Source: an uncultured Holophagales bacterium (GTDB lineage: Bacteria; Acidobacteriota; Thermoanaerobaculia; Multivoradales; UBA5704). Taken from it: a stretch of 64,000 bases of DNA. Of this stretch, positions 1 through 10,949 are shown one piece after another. The stretch covers positions 352,001 through 416,000 of the forward strand of contig CAWJGT010000001.1 in the NCBI GenBank assembly GCA_963842525.1. Direction: 5' to 3'. The translations under genes were made by a program, and so were the position numbers. Positions within the stretch are counted from its first letter, which is position 1. The number at the start of each line of letters is the position of its first letter. Under the pieces are notes generated by a model. It did no database searches and had not been told where the DNA came from. It saw only the letters and a list, made by a program, of their open reading frames with translations.

Positions 1-99
1 CAGTGGGAGACCGGAGCGGATGCCGTTAGACCGGAACGGGCGACATGCCGCTCGGGCGACGGCGAAGAGTTGAGAGGAAATCTCGAAGCGCTCGAAGAG

Positions 100-365
100 G
101 ATTTGGCGGGCTTTCGGGACGATTCTGGAGGCCTTCCGGACAGTTCTCCAGGGCTTCCGGACGGTTCTCCAAGGCTCCGGAAAGATTCTGGAGCCCTCCA
201 GAAAAAATTCCAAGGGCTCCAAAAGTTTTTCCAACCCTTCCGAAGACTTCTGGAGCCCTCCAGAACTTTTCTCCAGGGCTTCGGGTCGGTTCCGAAGGCT
301 TCCGGAAGTTTTCTGGACGGCTCGAAAAAATTCTGGAAGGCTTCGGGAAGCCTCCGGAGCCCTCC
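100..365. repeat. Degenerate 20-21 bp tandem array of palindromic TTCTGGA..TCCrGAA units
   Basis: TTCyrr-like cores recur at 123, 144, 165, 186, 207, 228, 248, 269, 290, 311 and 331 (about 11 units); units such as ttctggagccctccagaa are near self-complementary. Confidence 0.8.
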
Positions 366-370
366 CGATC

Positions 371-1228
371 TCAATCCTCCTCGTAGCTGATCTCCATCTT
401 CCGGATGCGCAGCGCCGAGATGGTCACCAGGACCGCGGCGAGGACGAGCAGGCCGGGGATGGCGAGCCAGGGGGGCGGCGCGTCCGCGAGGACGGCGAGC
501 GGGCCGGCGGGGAGCGGCACCGGGCAGAGCGATTGGAGGTAGTGGATCACGCTCACCTTCTTGAGCATCGGCGGCAGCAGGAAGTGGAGCCCTTCCCAGC
601 CGAAGACGAGGAGCGCGGGGATCGCCGGGCTCTTGAAGAAGAAGCCGAAGGCGAGAAAGACCGCGCCGTAGCCGATGCAGCCCAGGAGCGTCACCAGCAT
701 GTAGGCTCCCAGGTGCCCCAGCCCGGGGCCGCGCAGCAGGAACTGCCCGAGCCCCTCGTGCGGCGCGTAGGCCAGGATGAAGGAGACCACCGTCGAGATC
801 TCGAAGAGCACGGCCGTCACGATCAGGCCGGTCAGGTACTTGGCGGCGACCAGCACCTCGCGCCGCACCGGCGTGAGGAAGTAGTAGTGGAGGGTCCGCT
901 CCAGCACCTCGCGCCGGATCAGGTTGCCGAAGACCGCCACGCAGCCCAGGAAGACCAGTCCCCGTAGGATGAATTGGTAGGTTAAGGCGTAGATCCGTGT
1001 CGCTTCGGTCATGTCGCTCGGATCGTCCACGCCGCCGCCGATGATCCGCATCATGAGGATGAAGACCGGCGCGAAGGCCAGCAGGTAGAGGCCGATGCCG
1101 CGCCGCCCGAGGAAGCTCTTGCGGAGCTCCAAGCGGAGGATCGCGCGCACTTGGGACCACCAGCGCCGCCAGGGGAGGTTGCGGCCGGCGGACCGGACGG
1201 TTGCCGAATGCGTCACCATCTCGCTCAC
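371..1228 (-). CDS. ABC-2 type transporter permease
   Basis: Multi-TM C-terminal part of ORF 371..2254 ([18 protein letters not shown] motif); GTG start at 1228 overlaps the upstream TGA (GTGA), with GGAGG upstream. Confidence 0.85.
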   Translation of the reverse strand: MSEMVTHSATVRSAGRNLPWRRWWSQVRAILRLELRKSFLGRRGIGLYLLAFAPVFILMMRIIGGGVDDPSDMTEATRIYALTYQFILRGLVFLGCVAVFGNLIRREVLERTLHYYFLTPVRREVLVAAKYLTGLIVTAVLFEISTVVSFILAYAPHEGLGQFLLRGPGLGHLGAYMLVTLLGCIGYGAVFLAFGFFFKSPAIPALLVFGWEGLHFLLPPMLKKVSVIHYLQSLCPVPLPAGPLAVLADAPPPWLAIPGLLVLAAVLVTISALRIRKMEISYEED

Positions 1229-2181
1229 GATTTTCCTCCAGTCGAGCCGATCAGATACTGGTAGACGGCGTGCACGTCGGCGTCCGTCGGCATCACCGAT
1301 TCGACGGTGAGGCCGCTGTCCACCACGATCTCGTTGAGCAGCAGATAAAGGCTGTCGGCGTCGCGAGTTCGTACGAAGAGGCCCTTGCCGTCGTCGTGGA
1401 TGCGCGCTTCGACGACATGGTCCTGCGCGAAGACCCGCGAGGCGAGGAGCGACGGCCGGTCGCAGCGCACGAGCACCTGCGCCGGATGCTGCTCTTCCAT
1501 CTCGTCGCGCACCCCCGAGATGTCCCCTTCGGCCACGACGTAGCCGCCGTTCAGGAGCACCACCTGGTCCGAGATCAGGTCGACCTCGTGGAGGATGTGG
1601 CTCGAGACGACGACGTAGAGGCCGCCCGCCGCGAGCTCGCGGAAGAGGGCGATCACCTCGGCGCGGGCCATGGGGTCCAGGCCGTTCAGCGGCTCGTCGA
1701 GGATCAGCACCGTTGGCTGGTGGGAGATGGCCTGGGCGAGCTTGATGCGCTGCCGCATGCCCTTGCTGTAGCCGGCCACTTTGCGGCCGGCGGCCTCGGT
1801 GAGCCCGACCCGCTCGATGGCCTTCCAGGTCAGTGTGTCGGCCTCGGCGTGTGGCATTCCATGGACGCGCAGGAACGAGTAGATGAACTGGTAGCCGGTC
1901 ATCCCCGGCGGGAAGGCGTCGTACTGGGTCGAGTAGCCGATGATCCGGAAGAGCTCCTCCGGCTGGTCGGTCGGCACGCCCAGCACGCGGACCGAGCCGC
2001 GGGTGGGCTGGAGCAGGCCGACCGTCAGGTTCATCAGCGTGGTCTTGCCGGATCCGTTCGGCCCCACCAGGCCGGTGATGCCGGGCGGGATCGACAGGGT
2101 GACCCGGTTGCAGCCGAGCACCTCGCCGTAGAACTTGGAAACGTTTTCGAAGACGATCCGTGCTTCGTTGGGAGCGCTCAT
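1225..2181 (-). CDS. ABC transporter ATP-binding protein
   Basis: GPNGSGKT Walker A, YSKGMRQR signature, ILDEP Walker B; ATG 2181 overlaps the permease stop. Confidence 0.92.
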   Translation of the reverse strand: MSAPNEARIVFENVSKFYGEVLGCNRVTLSIPPGITGLVGPNGSGKTTLMNLTVGLLQPTRGSVRVLGVPTDQPEELFRIIGYSTQYDAFPPGMTGYQFIYSFLRVHGMPHAEADTLTWKAIERVGLTEAAGRKVAGYSKGMRQRIKLAQAISHQPTVLILDEPLNGLDPMARAEVIALFRELAAGGLYVVVSSHILHEVDLISDQVVLLNGGYVVAEGDISGVRDEMEEQHPAQVLVRCDRPSLLASRVFAQDHVVEARIHDDGKGLFVRTRDADSLYLLLNEIVVDSGLTVESVMPTDADVHAVYQYLIGSTGGKS

Positions 2182-3050
2182 CGCACCACCTCGTACGCCC
2201 GGATGCGGCGGGAGAGGAGCCACAGGCAGAGGCCGCAGCCGGCGGCCAGGGCAACCCAGGCGGGACCGGTCGGCGGCAGCTCGTTGCCCAGCGGGGTCCG
2301 GAACAGGGAGGCCCAGATCGAGCCGATCACCTGCAAGGGGGACAGCAGCATGCCCCACCAGGTGTCCAGGACTTCGTTGAGGACGTTGCCGAAGCCCATG
2401 GGGACGAAGAACAGGGCGATCAAGGCGATGCGGGCCACCGGCTTCCACTTCACCCAGCTTGAGATCGCCAGGGCGAAGAGTGACAGGAAAACGATCCACG
2501 CCACGCTGCCAAGGAAGATGGCCAGGCCGATCCACCAGTTCGCGGCGAGCCAGCCTCCTCCCTCCAGGTAGGCCTGGAAGAAGAAGAGGAGCAGACCCGG
2601 CACCCAGGTGATCGCCGAGAGGAGGATCAACAGCACCGACATCTTGCCGAGCACGTATTCGCTGCGCGAAAACGGCCGCGAGAGGTACAGCGGCAGGCCG
2701 TTGTTGCGCAGGTCGGGCGCCACCAGGGCCGGACCGATGAACAGGACGAGCAGGAACGACAGAAACCCCTGGAACGAGAAGCCGTTCTGGAAGAACTCGT
2801 TGTCGATCGGCAGGAACTGCTTGAGCTGCTCGACCGGCAGGTCCATGAACAGGAGCGCCGAGACGTTGTGGTGCAGGTAGATCATCAGCAGCCCCGCGAA
2901 CGGGACCGCGAAGCAGAGAGCGAAGAAACCCGTGAAAAGCTTGCTCTTGAACACCACCTCGTAGGCGTAGCGGGGCAGGATCAGGAAGCGCCACCGCTCC
3001 GCGGTCGCCGGCCCGGTGTAACGCACATAGGTCTGCTCATACACGGCCAT
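2178..3050 (-). CDS. ABC-2 type transporter permease
   Basis: About six TM segments, [20 protein letters not shown] motif, lies between two ABC ATPases. Confidence 0.85.
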   Translation of the reverse strand: MAVYEQTYVRYTGPATAERWRFLILPRYAYEVVFKSKLFTGFFALCFAVPFAGLLMIYLHHNVSALLFMDLPVEQLKQFLPIDNEFFQNGFSFQGFLSFLLVLFIGPALVAPDLRNNGLPLYLSRPFSRSEYVLGKMSVLLILLSAITWVPGLLLFFFQAYLEGGGWLAANWWIGLAIFLGSVAWIVFLSLFALAISSWVKWKPVARIALIALFFVPMGFGNVLNEVLDTWWGMLLSPLQVIGSIWASLFRTPLGNELPPTGPAWVALAAGCGLCLWLLSRRIRAYEVVR

Positions 3051-4047
3051 GGTCGCCGCCCTCCATCGCCTTGAGGAAGATGTCTTCGAGAGAGTCCCGC
3101 TTGTAGTCGAGACGGCGGATCTGTACGTTGCGCGACGCCGCGAGCTTGTAGAGGTCGCGGATCTCCATCCCCTCCGGCAGCACCAGCTTGATGCGCTGGC
3201 GGGTGCCGGCCGCGCACTCGCACCCCATCTCCTCGACCGCGGCGGCGAACCCGCCGGCGTCGTCGCCGTTCTCGCCGCGCAGCTCGATCTCCAGGAACTT
3301 GCGGTTGGCCCGCCGTTCCTCCTCCAGGTTGCTGTAGACGGCGATCTGCCCCTGCTTGAGCACCAGGACCTCCTCGCAGCACTCCTCGACGTCGCGCAGC
3401 AAATGGGAGGAAAGAATCACGTGCACCTCGCCGGCCTCGCGGATGTCCTGGATCAGCCGCAGCATGCGCTCGCGGGCTGGTGGATCGAGCCCGTTCGTCG
3501 GCTCGTCGAGGAAGAGGAGCTTGGGGCCGTGGACCAGGGACTGGGCCAGCTTGGCGAGCTGCTTCATGCCGAGCGAATAGCTGCCGACGTCGCGGTAGCG
3601 CGCCTCGCCCAGGCCGACATAGAAGAGGACTTCGTGCGCCCGTTCGAGGGCTTGCGACCGGGGGACGCCGGACAGCTCGGCCATCAGGCGGACGAAGTGG
3701 ACGCCGCTCATGCCGGCGATGAAGGCGTCGTTTTCCGGCATGTAACCCAGCAGGGCCCGGATCTCTCGCATTTCGGTCCGGATGTCCCGGCCGAAGATGC
3801 GGGCGGTGCCGCTGCTGGGAGGATGGAACCCGAGAAGGGTGTGGAGCAGCGTGGTCTTGCCCGCCCCGTTCGGGCCCAGAAGGCCGATGCACCGGCCGGT
3901 GAGGGTCGCGCTCAACCCCTTGAGGATGGGGCGGCCTCCGAGGGGAACCTGCAGGCCCTGGAGCTCGATCACCGGCTGTGCGGCGGTGGTGACCGGAGCA
4001 GCGGCAGGGGCGTTCGATGTCATCGACTGCATGGCGAGGTTGGACAC
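3037..4047 (-). CDS. ABC transporter ATP-binding protein
   Basis: [20 protein letters not shown] and SSH motifs; start uncertain (4047, 4032 or 4023). Confidence 0.92.
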   Translation of the reverse strand: MSNLAMQSMTSNAPAAAPVTTAAQPVIELQGLQVPLGGRPILKGLSATLTGRCIGLLGPNGAGKTTLLHTLLGFHPPSSGTARIFGRDIRTEMREIRALLGYMPENDAFIAGMSGVHFVRLMAELSGVPRSQALERAHEVLFYVGLGEARYRDVGSYSLGMKQLAKLAQSLVHGPKLLFLDEPTNGLDPPARERMLRLIQDIREAGEVHVILSSHLLRDVEECCEEVLVLKQGQIAVYSNLEEERRANRKFLEIELRGENGDDAGGFAAAVEEMGCECAAGTRQRIKLVLPEGMEIRDLYKLAASRNVQIRRLDYKRDSLEDIFLKAMEGGDHGRV

Positions 4048-4128
4048 GGGCTGCTCCTTGGATGCTTGGATGCGGAAAGGGCGCCGCAGCAGTCTCTACT
4101 ACGATGTGCGGCGCCCCGGGGTTTCTGC

Positions 4129-6819
4129 CTACTCGGCCTCGAAGTGCTCGGCGTCCGGGACGTGCCCGTTCATCATGCCGAGGACCCCGCCGAAGCCGGC
4201 GAGCGTCTGGAGGTTCAGGCCCAGCGGGCTCTCGTTGGTGCTGGCGAAGAGGATGCGATCCTCATGCGCGTAGGCGTAGACCAGGGTCGGCCCCTGGCCG
4301 AGCAGGAAGGTGGCCATCTGGCCCTGGCGGTCCGCCGGTCCGAGCGCGCCCTTGGGCAGCATGTCGGCCGCAGCGTCGGCCAGCGGCTTCAGGTTCTGGT
4401 AGAAGAAGGCGGAGACGTTCACCTGGCCGTCCGGACCCAACAGGTCGCGGAACTTGGGCGCCGTGGCCAACGTCACACCCGAATCGCGGAGCTGGAGAGC
4501 CCGCTCGAGCAGGGCGCGGCTGGGCGCCGCCACCAGGTAGCCGTCCTCGAAGATGTAGTGCACCTCGTGCTTCGGCTGCTTGGTCCCGAAGGTGTACCAG
4601 GTCCGGCCGCCGGAGCGCTGCTCGGTGACCTCGACGGTCGGTTTCCCGTTCTTCCGCAGCTCGTCGTTGAGACGGTCTGCGACCCGCTCGATGGTCTGCT
4701 GCAGGCGCGCCGGGTCGTAGACCTCGACCACCAGCTTCCAGGAGGGAGTGGGGAGCAATGGACCATCGACCCCAATGGCGACCTCACCGCCCAACGGCGC
4801 GGCCAGATCGTTGCGCAGGTCGAAGCCGTGCTCGTTCTGCAGCTTCGCGAGCTCGGCGGCGATCTCGGGGTTGATGGCCAGCAGGTCGTCCAGCAGGGCC
4901 ACGGGCTGCTTGACTACGAAAGCGCCTGCCAGGTTGGTCTCGGGCGAGAAGAACGAGAGGCCGCCCATGGGCGCCGGAGCGGCGAGCCAGGAGGCCACGC
5001 CCCGCCGGGCCTGGCTGAAGGTGAGAGAGGCGCGGGTCTCGGCCTTGTTGTCGATCTCGCGGCGGTTGAGGATGAAGTGGTCGAGGTCGAGGACGCCCAT
5101 CTTCTCGGCCACGTCGTGCTCGTCACCATGGCTGGCGTCTTCGCCGACCAGGGTGGCGAGGTCGGCCGCGAACAGCCAGTTGGCGCCGTCGCGGTACTCC
5201 TCGGCGATGCGGTCGTGGAAGCGGCTCCCGGCGAAGGGGTTGGCTCCGCCGGAGGCCAGGGCCGCCACCTTGCGCAGCTCGTCGCCGCTCGGGGTGGCCA
5301 CGAACAGGCCCTGCCCGATCCACAGCCAGGCACCTTCGGTCTCGCCGGTCGCGTCGGCCGGGTCTTCGATGATGCGCAGGCCCTGGTGACCGTCGTCGTG
5401 CGCGGCGATCTCCTGCTCGAGCACGGCGCGGAAGGCCGCCGGGTTGGTCACCTCGGCCATGATCACCGGCTCGCCGTGGTCCTCGTCCTCACCCTCGCCC
5501 CCCTCTCCATATCCGGGACCGAGGGCGATGGCCACCTCGCCGCCGAGGTGCTGGCCGAGCGCGCCGAGCTTGTCGATCATCTGGTGGAACTTCTCGTCCT
5601 TGTTGTTGGAGCCGATCGTCTCCCGCCACCACTGCTGGAGGGTCCCGTTCTCGGCGATCTTCTGGTCGAGGATCCGCTGCGTCTCCTGGAGGTTCCGGCC
5701 CAGGTTGGGCAGGCCGATCCAGACCCGCGTCCCCTCGGGAGCGAGGTCGAGCAGGCGGGTGGAGTAGCGCAGGCCGGGCCGTTCCACCTGGGCGTCGATG
5801 TCCTGCCCGGCGGCGGTCAGAGCGGCGAGCAGCTCTTCATACTTCTTGGCGTTGCGGCTCCAGGCGATCTCCTGGCGCACCGGGACGGCGGACACGCTGG
5901 CGTGGGTCGCCACCTGGTCGCCCGGGTGGAGGATGCTGTCCAGCTTGGCCTGGCGCACCCGCACCTCGCCCTCGATCACCGAGACGCGGGAGCCCTTGGT
6001 GCCGTGGTTGACGGAGAAGATGGTCCCGGTGACCGAGACCATGGCGTCGCGGGTGGCCACGAACAGTTGGCTCTTGCGCTGCTTGGCGGCCTGGACGATG
6101 ACGCGCCCGCGGTCGAGATGGATGGTGTTGCCCTTGCGGCCGGCGTCGAGCCACATGCCGGCGCGGTCGCTCATCTCGATGAGGGACCCATCGGCCATGC
6201 GCACCAGGGCGGTCGAGCCCTTGGCGGTGCGGATCTCGTCGCCCTCGGCGACCCAGGTGCCGGCATCGATCGGCTCGCTGTCCTCGCCGTCGAGCAGGTA
6301 GAGGTTGCCGGCGATGGATTCGACGCGGGCCATCCGAGCGCCGCCGGCGAAGACGTCCTGGAGGACGAAGAAGACACCGAGGCCGAGGCCGATCACCAGC
6401 AGGGCGGCCAGGCCCATCCAGGCCTGCCGCATCCGGGGATTGGGAACGGCTTTGGCGGCCGGACGGGTGGCTTCGCGGTGGCCTTCCTTGGCCTCGCGAA
6501 GAGCCCGGCGGCAGGGGATGCAGCTCCGGGTGTGGTCCTCGACGAGCAGGGCGCGCGCCGGGGACAACTCACCACGCAGATAGGCGGGAATCAGGGACTG
6601 GAAGTCCTCACAACTGCGGAGGCTCCCGGCGGAGACGGCGACCGGCTCCGCCACGGGCTCGGCGCTGGCGTGGAGCTCCGCGGTGCCGGAGGCCTGGGCA
6701 GACAGCCGCTCCCAGACGCGGGCGGCGGCCTGCTCGGCCACGACCGGGTCGATCTCTTCGCCGTGGACTTCGGCGACGGCCCGGTCCAGGGCGTCTTCGC
6801 TTTTATTGAAAAGGCTCAT
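4129..6819 (-). CDS. Zinc-binding anti-sigma factor with TM helix, FecR domain and large extracytoplasmic (DUF3352-like) region
   Basis: CEDFQSLIPAYL...HTRSCIPC (ZAS HxxxCxxC), one TM helix, FecR-like segment (L..G.VIVQA..V.VTGTIFSV..SRVSVIEGEVRV); ATGA-coupled to the ECF sigma. Confidence 0.8.
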   Translation of the reverse strand: MSLFNKSEDALDRAVAEVHGEEIDPVVAEQAAARVWERLSAQASGTAELHASAEPVAEPVAVSAGSLRSCEDFQSLIPAYLRGELSPARALLVEDHTRSCIPCRRALREAKEGHREATRPAAKAVPNPRMRQAWMGLAALLVIGLGLGVFFVLQDVFAGGARMARVESIAGNLYLLDGEDSEPIDAGTWVAEGDEIRTAKGSTALVRMADGSLIEMSDRAGMWLDAGRKGNTIHLDRGRVIVQAAKQRKSQLFVATRDAMVSVTGTIFSVNHGTKGSRVSVIEGEVRVRQAKLDSILHPGDQVATHASVSAVPVRQEIAWSRNAKKYEELLAALTAAGQDIDAQVERPGLRYSTRLLDLAPEGTRVWIGLPNLGRNLQETQRILDQKIAENGTLQQWWRETIGSNNKDEKFHQMIDKLGALGQHLGGEVAIALGPGYGEGGEGEDEDHGEPVIMAEVTNPAAFRAVLEQEIAAHDDGHQGLRIIEDPADATGETEGAWLWIGQGLFVATPSGDELRKVAALASGGANPFAGSRFHDRIAEEYRDGANWLFAADLATLVGEDASHGDEHDVAEKMGVLDLDHFILNRREIDNKAETRASLTFSQARRGVASWLAAPAPMGGLSFFSPETNLAGAFVVKQPVALLDDLLAINPEIAAELAKLQNEHGFDLRNDLAAPLGGEVAIGVDGPLLPTPSWKLVVEVYDPARLQQTIERVADRLNDELRKNGKPTVEVTEQRSGGRTWYTFGTKQPKHEVHYIFEDGYLVAAPSRALLERALQLRDSGVTLATAPKFRDLLGPDGQVNVSAFFYQNLKPLADAAADMLPKGALGPADRQGQMATFLLGQGPTLVYAYAHEDRILFASTNESPLGLNLQTLAGFGGVLGMMNGHVPDAEHFEAE

Positions 6820-7400
6820 GACAATTCTCCTTGAAGCGACCCGAGCTCTTGCTGGAGCCGGTGCCGCGCACGGTGCAGGATGACGGCGATTGCGGTCTGC
6901 GAGCTGCCGAGCATCCTGGAGATCTCCAGGTTGCCCAGCCCTTCGAGGTAGCGCAGCGCAAAGATTTCGGCCTGGCGGGGAGAGAGGCTACCCATCGCCT
7001 CTCGCAGCCGGCGGGCGAGCTCACGGTGGCCGCGCTGCCGTTCCGGCCCCGCGGTGTCGTCCACCAGTTGGTCGCCGACCTCGTCGAGGTCGACGGCCCT
7101 TGCCCGCTTCCTCCTCCGCATCAAATCGAGTGCGGCGTTGACGGCCGCGCGGTGGAGGTAGCTCCCAGCGCTGTTGGATAGATCGGGTTGCTCGTCTCGG
7201 CGCAGCAGCCGGGTGAACACGGTTTGCAGCACGTCCTCCGCGTCGGCACTGTTGCCGGTGATGCGGTATGCGGCGCGGTAGACGGCGCCGTGATGCTCTC
7301 GGAAGATGCCCTCCAAGCTGTGGAGCGCTTCCGGGCTCGCGGCGGGTTTCTCATAGGCTGCAGCTTGCACGCCTCCTGCCCTCCTTTCTCCTTCACCCAT
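6816..7400 (-). CDS. ECF RNA polymerase sigma factor
   Basis: Region 2 DAEDVLQTVF..L and YLHRAAVNAALD, region 4 LSPRQAEIFALRYLEG..EIS..L; GGAGGAG SD before ATG 7400. Confidence 0.93.
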   Translation of the reverse strand: MGEGERRAGGVQAAAYEKPAASPEALHSLEGIFREHHGAVYRAAYRITGNSADAEDVLQTVFTRLLRRDEQPDLSNSAGSYLHRAAVNAALDLMRRRKRARAVDLDEVGDQLVDDTAGPERQRGHRELARRLREAMGSLSPRQAEIFALRYLEGLGNLEISRMLGSSQTAIAVILHRARHRLQQELGSLQGELS

Positions 7401-7482
7401 GGAACGCTCCTCCAAGGAGATTGTTACACCCCCCAGGATACGCCCGGGGGAGGGGGGACCGGGGCCGAGCTGTCTTGTCAGC

Positions 7483-7504
7483 GTATGCTAGTATGCGAGT
7501 ATGA
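7483..7504 (+). promoter_or_regulatory. Putative RHH operator and leaderless -10 element for the vapBC pair
   Basis: gtatgc/gtatgc/gtatga direct repeats at 8-bp spacing (7483, 7491, 7499); TAGTAT 6 nt before ATG 7501. Confidence 0.45.
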
Positions 7505-7752
7505 AGCGTGCCACGATCACCCTGCCTGACGATCTCGCCGAGATGGTGGACCGGGAAGCCCGGCGGCGGCAGACGAGCTTCTCGGAAGTTGTCCGCCACT
7601 TCATCGTGCAGGGCTTCTCCGGATCGGCGGAGAAGCCGCGGGAGATCCCCTGGGCCGGCCTCTTCCACGATCCGGACATGGTCCCCGCTGAGCGCTTGGA
7701 CGAAGAGCTGGCGAAACACTGGGCCGATGATCTCGATCGGGATCGTCGATAG
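7501..7752 (+). CDS. Ribbon-helix-helix (CopG-like) antitoxin, VapB type
   Basis: MKRATITLPDDL...REARRRQTSFSEVVR RHH pattern; overlaps the PIN gene. Confidence 0.85.
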   Translation: MKRATITLPDDLAEMVDREARRRQTSFSEVVRHFIVQGFSGSAEKPREIPWAGLFHDPDMVPAERLDEELAKHWADDLDRDRR

Positions 7753-8140
7753 CAGCCCGCTCGTCGCCGCGGCGAACACGGCCGATCCGGCGCACCGCGC
7801 CTGTCTCGACGCGCTCCGCACGCCGGGCCTCCACCTTGTGATCCCCGCTCTGTGTGTCGCCGAGGCGGCCTACCTGATCCACAGTCGCCGCGGGCCGCGG
7901 ACCGAGGCCCGTTTCCTCCGCGGGTTGGAGGGCTTCGACGTCCAGGCTCCTTTCGCCGAAGATTGGCCGCGGATCGCCGAGCTCGTCGAGCAATACGCGG
8001 ACCTTCCCCTCGGGGGAACGGATGCGTCGATCGTTGCCCTGGCGGAGCGCTTCCGGACCGATATCGTCCTCACCCTGGACCATCGCCACTTCGGGATCGT
8101 CCGGCCGAGGCACTGCGAGCGCCTCCGCCTGCTGCCTTGA
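7727..8140 (+). CDS. PIN-domain toxin, VapC type
   Basis: IVDSS, CVAE, LGGTDASIVALAE and TLDHRHF conserved acidic PIN residues. Confidence 0.9.
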   Translation: MISIGIVDSSPLVAAANTADPAHRACLDALRTPGLHLVIPALCVAEAAYLIHSRRGPRTEARFLRGLEGFDVQAPFAEDWPRIAELVEQYADLPLGGTDASIVALAERFRTDIVLTLDHRHFGIVRPRHCERLRLLP

Positions 8141-8215
8141 AGGCGATCCGCCCTCCGTACAGGCTCGGATGCGGAGGGCGGCCGTCCCGGATCAGGCTTC
8201 TGGAAGGCCGCCGGC

Positions 8216-8605
8216 TCAGCTATGAGTCGGCGCGCTCACCTGCAGGGCCAGCATCATGCCCTTGTCCTGGCTGTGGTGCTCCAGCGGGCAGTAGACGCGG
8301 TAGGTGCCGGGCCAGAGGTCCATTTCCAGAGTCGTGGTCTTGCCGGGCTCCAGGGCGGTCTTCAGCCCGTTTTCGCCCGCAGGGCCGTCGACCTCGAAGC
8401 TGTGGGGCGTCGTGCCGTTGTTGGTGAGCTTGAACGTGGTCTTGCCGGGGCCCACAGAAGCCGGCATCTGGATCTGGTGCTCGACAAGCTCGACCTGCAC
8501 CACCTGGCCCGTCTGAGGTTGCGGTTCTTTACCGCCGCAGGCGGCGAGGAGAGGCAGCGCAACGAGCAGCGCGGCCAGCCAGGGAGAATTGGGGCGATAA
8601 TTCAT
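8216..8605 (-). CDS. Cupredoxin-like lipoprotein (EfeO N-terminal type)
   Basis: Lipobox LAAC; N.G..PHSF and PGTYRVYCPLEHH...GM copper-site pattern. Confidence 0.8.
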   Translation of the reverse strand: MNYRPNSPWLAALLVALPLLAACGGKEPQPQTGQVVQVELVEHQIQMPASVGPGKTTFKLTNNGTTPHSFEVDGPAGENGLKTALEPGKTTTLEMDLWPGTYRVYCPLEHHSQDKGMMLALQVSAPTHS

Positions 8606-8736
8606 TGATTCATCCTCCTCAGAAAAACTGAATCGTACCCGTAGACCGTTTCGATTCCCTTCACAAGCGAGGAGCCTCTGCTTGCTATTCCCGCTTTAGA
8701 CTGCCCTGCGGCGAAAAGGTTCCCGGGGATTTCGCC

Positions 8737-10810
8737 TCACCACACCCGGCAGACCTTCTCCGATTCCCTGACCATCGGCTGGCCCGGCTTGCAGGAGAAG
8801 GCGGCGGCGAGCTCGGGCATGTTGACCACCACGCCGTTGATCCGGTACTCGGCAGGCGAGTGAGGGTCCACCTGAGCGCGCAGGCGCCTGGACTCGGGCC
8901 GCTCGCCGCCGCAGTCCCACTGGGCGAAGCCCACGAAGAAACGCTGCTCGGGGGTGAGGCCGTCGCGCTGCTCCAGCTTCTGCCCCCGTGTGGCCTCCTT
9001 CCAGGCGAGGTAGGCGATGATGGTGCCTCCCAGGTCCGCCACGTCCTCCCCGAGAGTGAGCTTGCTGTTGATCTTGATGTCGTCGATCACCGTGTACTGC
9101 GCGTACTGGTCGGCGACGCATTGGACCCGCTTGCGGAACTCCGTATCGTCCTCCTTGGTCCACCAGTCCCGCAGGTTTCCCTGGGCATCGAACTGCCGTC
9201 CCTCGTCGTCGAAGCCGTGGGTCAGCTCGTGCCCGATGGTGCTGCCGGTGTTGCCATAGCTCGGGGCGGCGTCGAGCCGGGGGTCGTAGAGCGGCGGCAG
9301 GAGCACCCCGGCCGGGAAGATCATGTCGTTGACCAAGGGGTTGTAATAGGCGTTGACGGTGGGCGGCGTCATCTCCCACTCGTCCTTGTCGACGGGCTGG
9401 CCGATCTTGTCCAGGTCGCGGCGCGACTCGAAGGTGCGGGCCCGCTCCACGTTGCCCAGGAAATCGCCGCGGCGCACCTCCAGGGCCGAATAGTCGCGCC
9501 AGCGCTCCGGATAGCCGATCTTGTCCCGCATGGTGTGCAGCTTGTGCAGCGCCTGCTTCTTGGTCTCCGCGGTCATCCAGGGCAGCTCCTGGATGCGCTT
9601 CTCCATCACCGACTTGATGAGACGCACCATCTCCTGCGTGCCGGTCTTGACTCCGGCCGGGAAGACCTTGCGGACGAAGACCTCTCCCAGGGCCTCGCCC
9701 AGGTCGCGGTCCACCCAGTCGACGCAGTCTTTCCAGCGGGGCGATTTCTCCTTCACCCCGCGGAGATAGGCATCGTAGAAATCGAAGTTGGCCTGGACGA
9801 AGGGGGAGGAGAGATACCGGGCACGGGCCCGCGCGAGGTGCCAGCGCAGGTAGGTCTTCAGGTCGTCGAGGGCTGTTGGCCGCGATCTGGCGCTCGACCT
9901 CGCGGTAGAGCTCGGGCTGGGTGACGTTGAAGTCGTCGAGGTTCGGCTCGCCGACGGCCTTCAGGTAGTCGTCCCAACGGAACGAGGGGGTGAGGGCCTG
10001 GAGCCCGGCCCGCTGCATCCGGTGGTAGATCTTGTAGGGGTCGCGCTGGTCCACCCGGGAGAGGGCGGCCTTGGCGAGGGCGGTCTCGATCCGCATCACC
10101 GTTTCGGCGCTCCTGGCCGGCGCCGGGTCTCCCAGGAGCTCGAACATCCTCCGCACCAGGCCCAGATAGCGTTCGCGGATCTCTTTCGACTTCGCGTCGT
10201 CCTTCAGATAGTAGTCGCGGTCGGGCAGGCCGAGGCCTCCTGCATTGGCCTTGCCGATGACCTGGGACGAATCCTGGAAATCCTGTCCGGAGCCGAAGCC
10301 GAAGAGCATACCCCCTCCGCCCAGTCCGGGGTGGAGCCGGCCGAGCAGCGACGCCAGCTCCTGCTTCGAGCGCAGCCCGGCAATGGCGTCGAGACTGGGC
10401 CGCAACGGGGCCGCGCCGGCCTTCTCGAGGGCCGGCTCGTCCATGCAGGCGGCGAAGTAGTCGCCGATCTTCTGGGTGTTGGCGTCGCGTCCAGGATCGG
10501 GCCGTGCCGCCTCCTCGAGCATCCCCCAGAGGAACCGCCGGTTGTCCTCGCCCACTTTTGCGTACACGCTCCACCGCGCCCGGTCGGGCGGGATCGGGTT
10601 CTTCTCGAGCCACTTCCCGCAGGAGAAGCGGTAGAAGTCGACGCAGGGGTCGACCGAGCGGTCCATGAAGGACGGCTCCAGGCCGGGGGTGTAGGGGAGC
10701 GCCGTCAGCGGCCGCTCGGAAGTGGCGGCAGGCGGCGCCGCGAGGGCCGGCGGTGCGGCGGCGATCGCGAGCAGGAGAAGGGCGAAGAAGGCGGCGCAAC
10801 GAATTTTCAT
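8737..10810 (-). CDS. M13 family zinc metallopeptidase (neprilysin/PepO-like), one frameshift near 9872
   Basis: Signal peptide, VDPC.DFY..SCG.W, VNAYY, HELTH and GEDVAD motifs; ORFs 8696..10810 and 8737..9756 join after removing one base in a C run. Confidence 0.9.
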
Positions 10811-10949
10811 GCAAGGGCTCCTTGGGCGTGTCTCGTCCGGGACGTATGATTCTAGAGCCTCAGGGTTTTCCGCGTCCCACCCCTTGCCTGCGGCGGCCCA
10901 GGAGGAGTAAGCTTTGAGCAGGAGCTAGCCAAGTTCGGAGGGTACGATC

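Noticed and set aside
3049-6834. 1261-aa plus-strand ORF
   Set aside because: Antisense shadow of the ABC ATPase and anti-sigma genes, typical of high-GC DNA.
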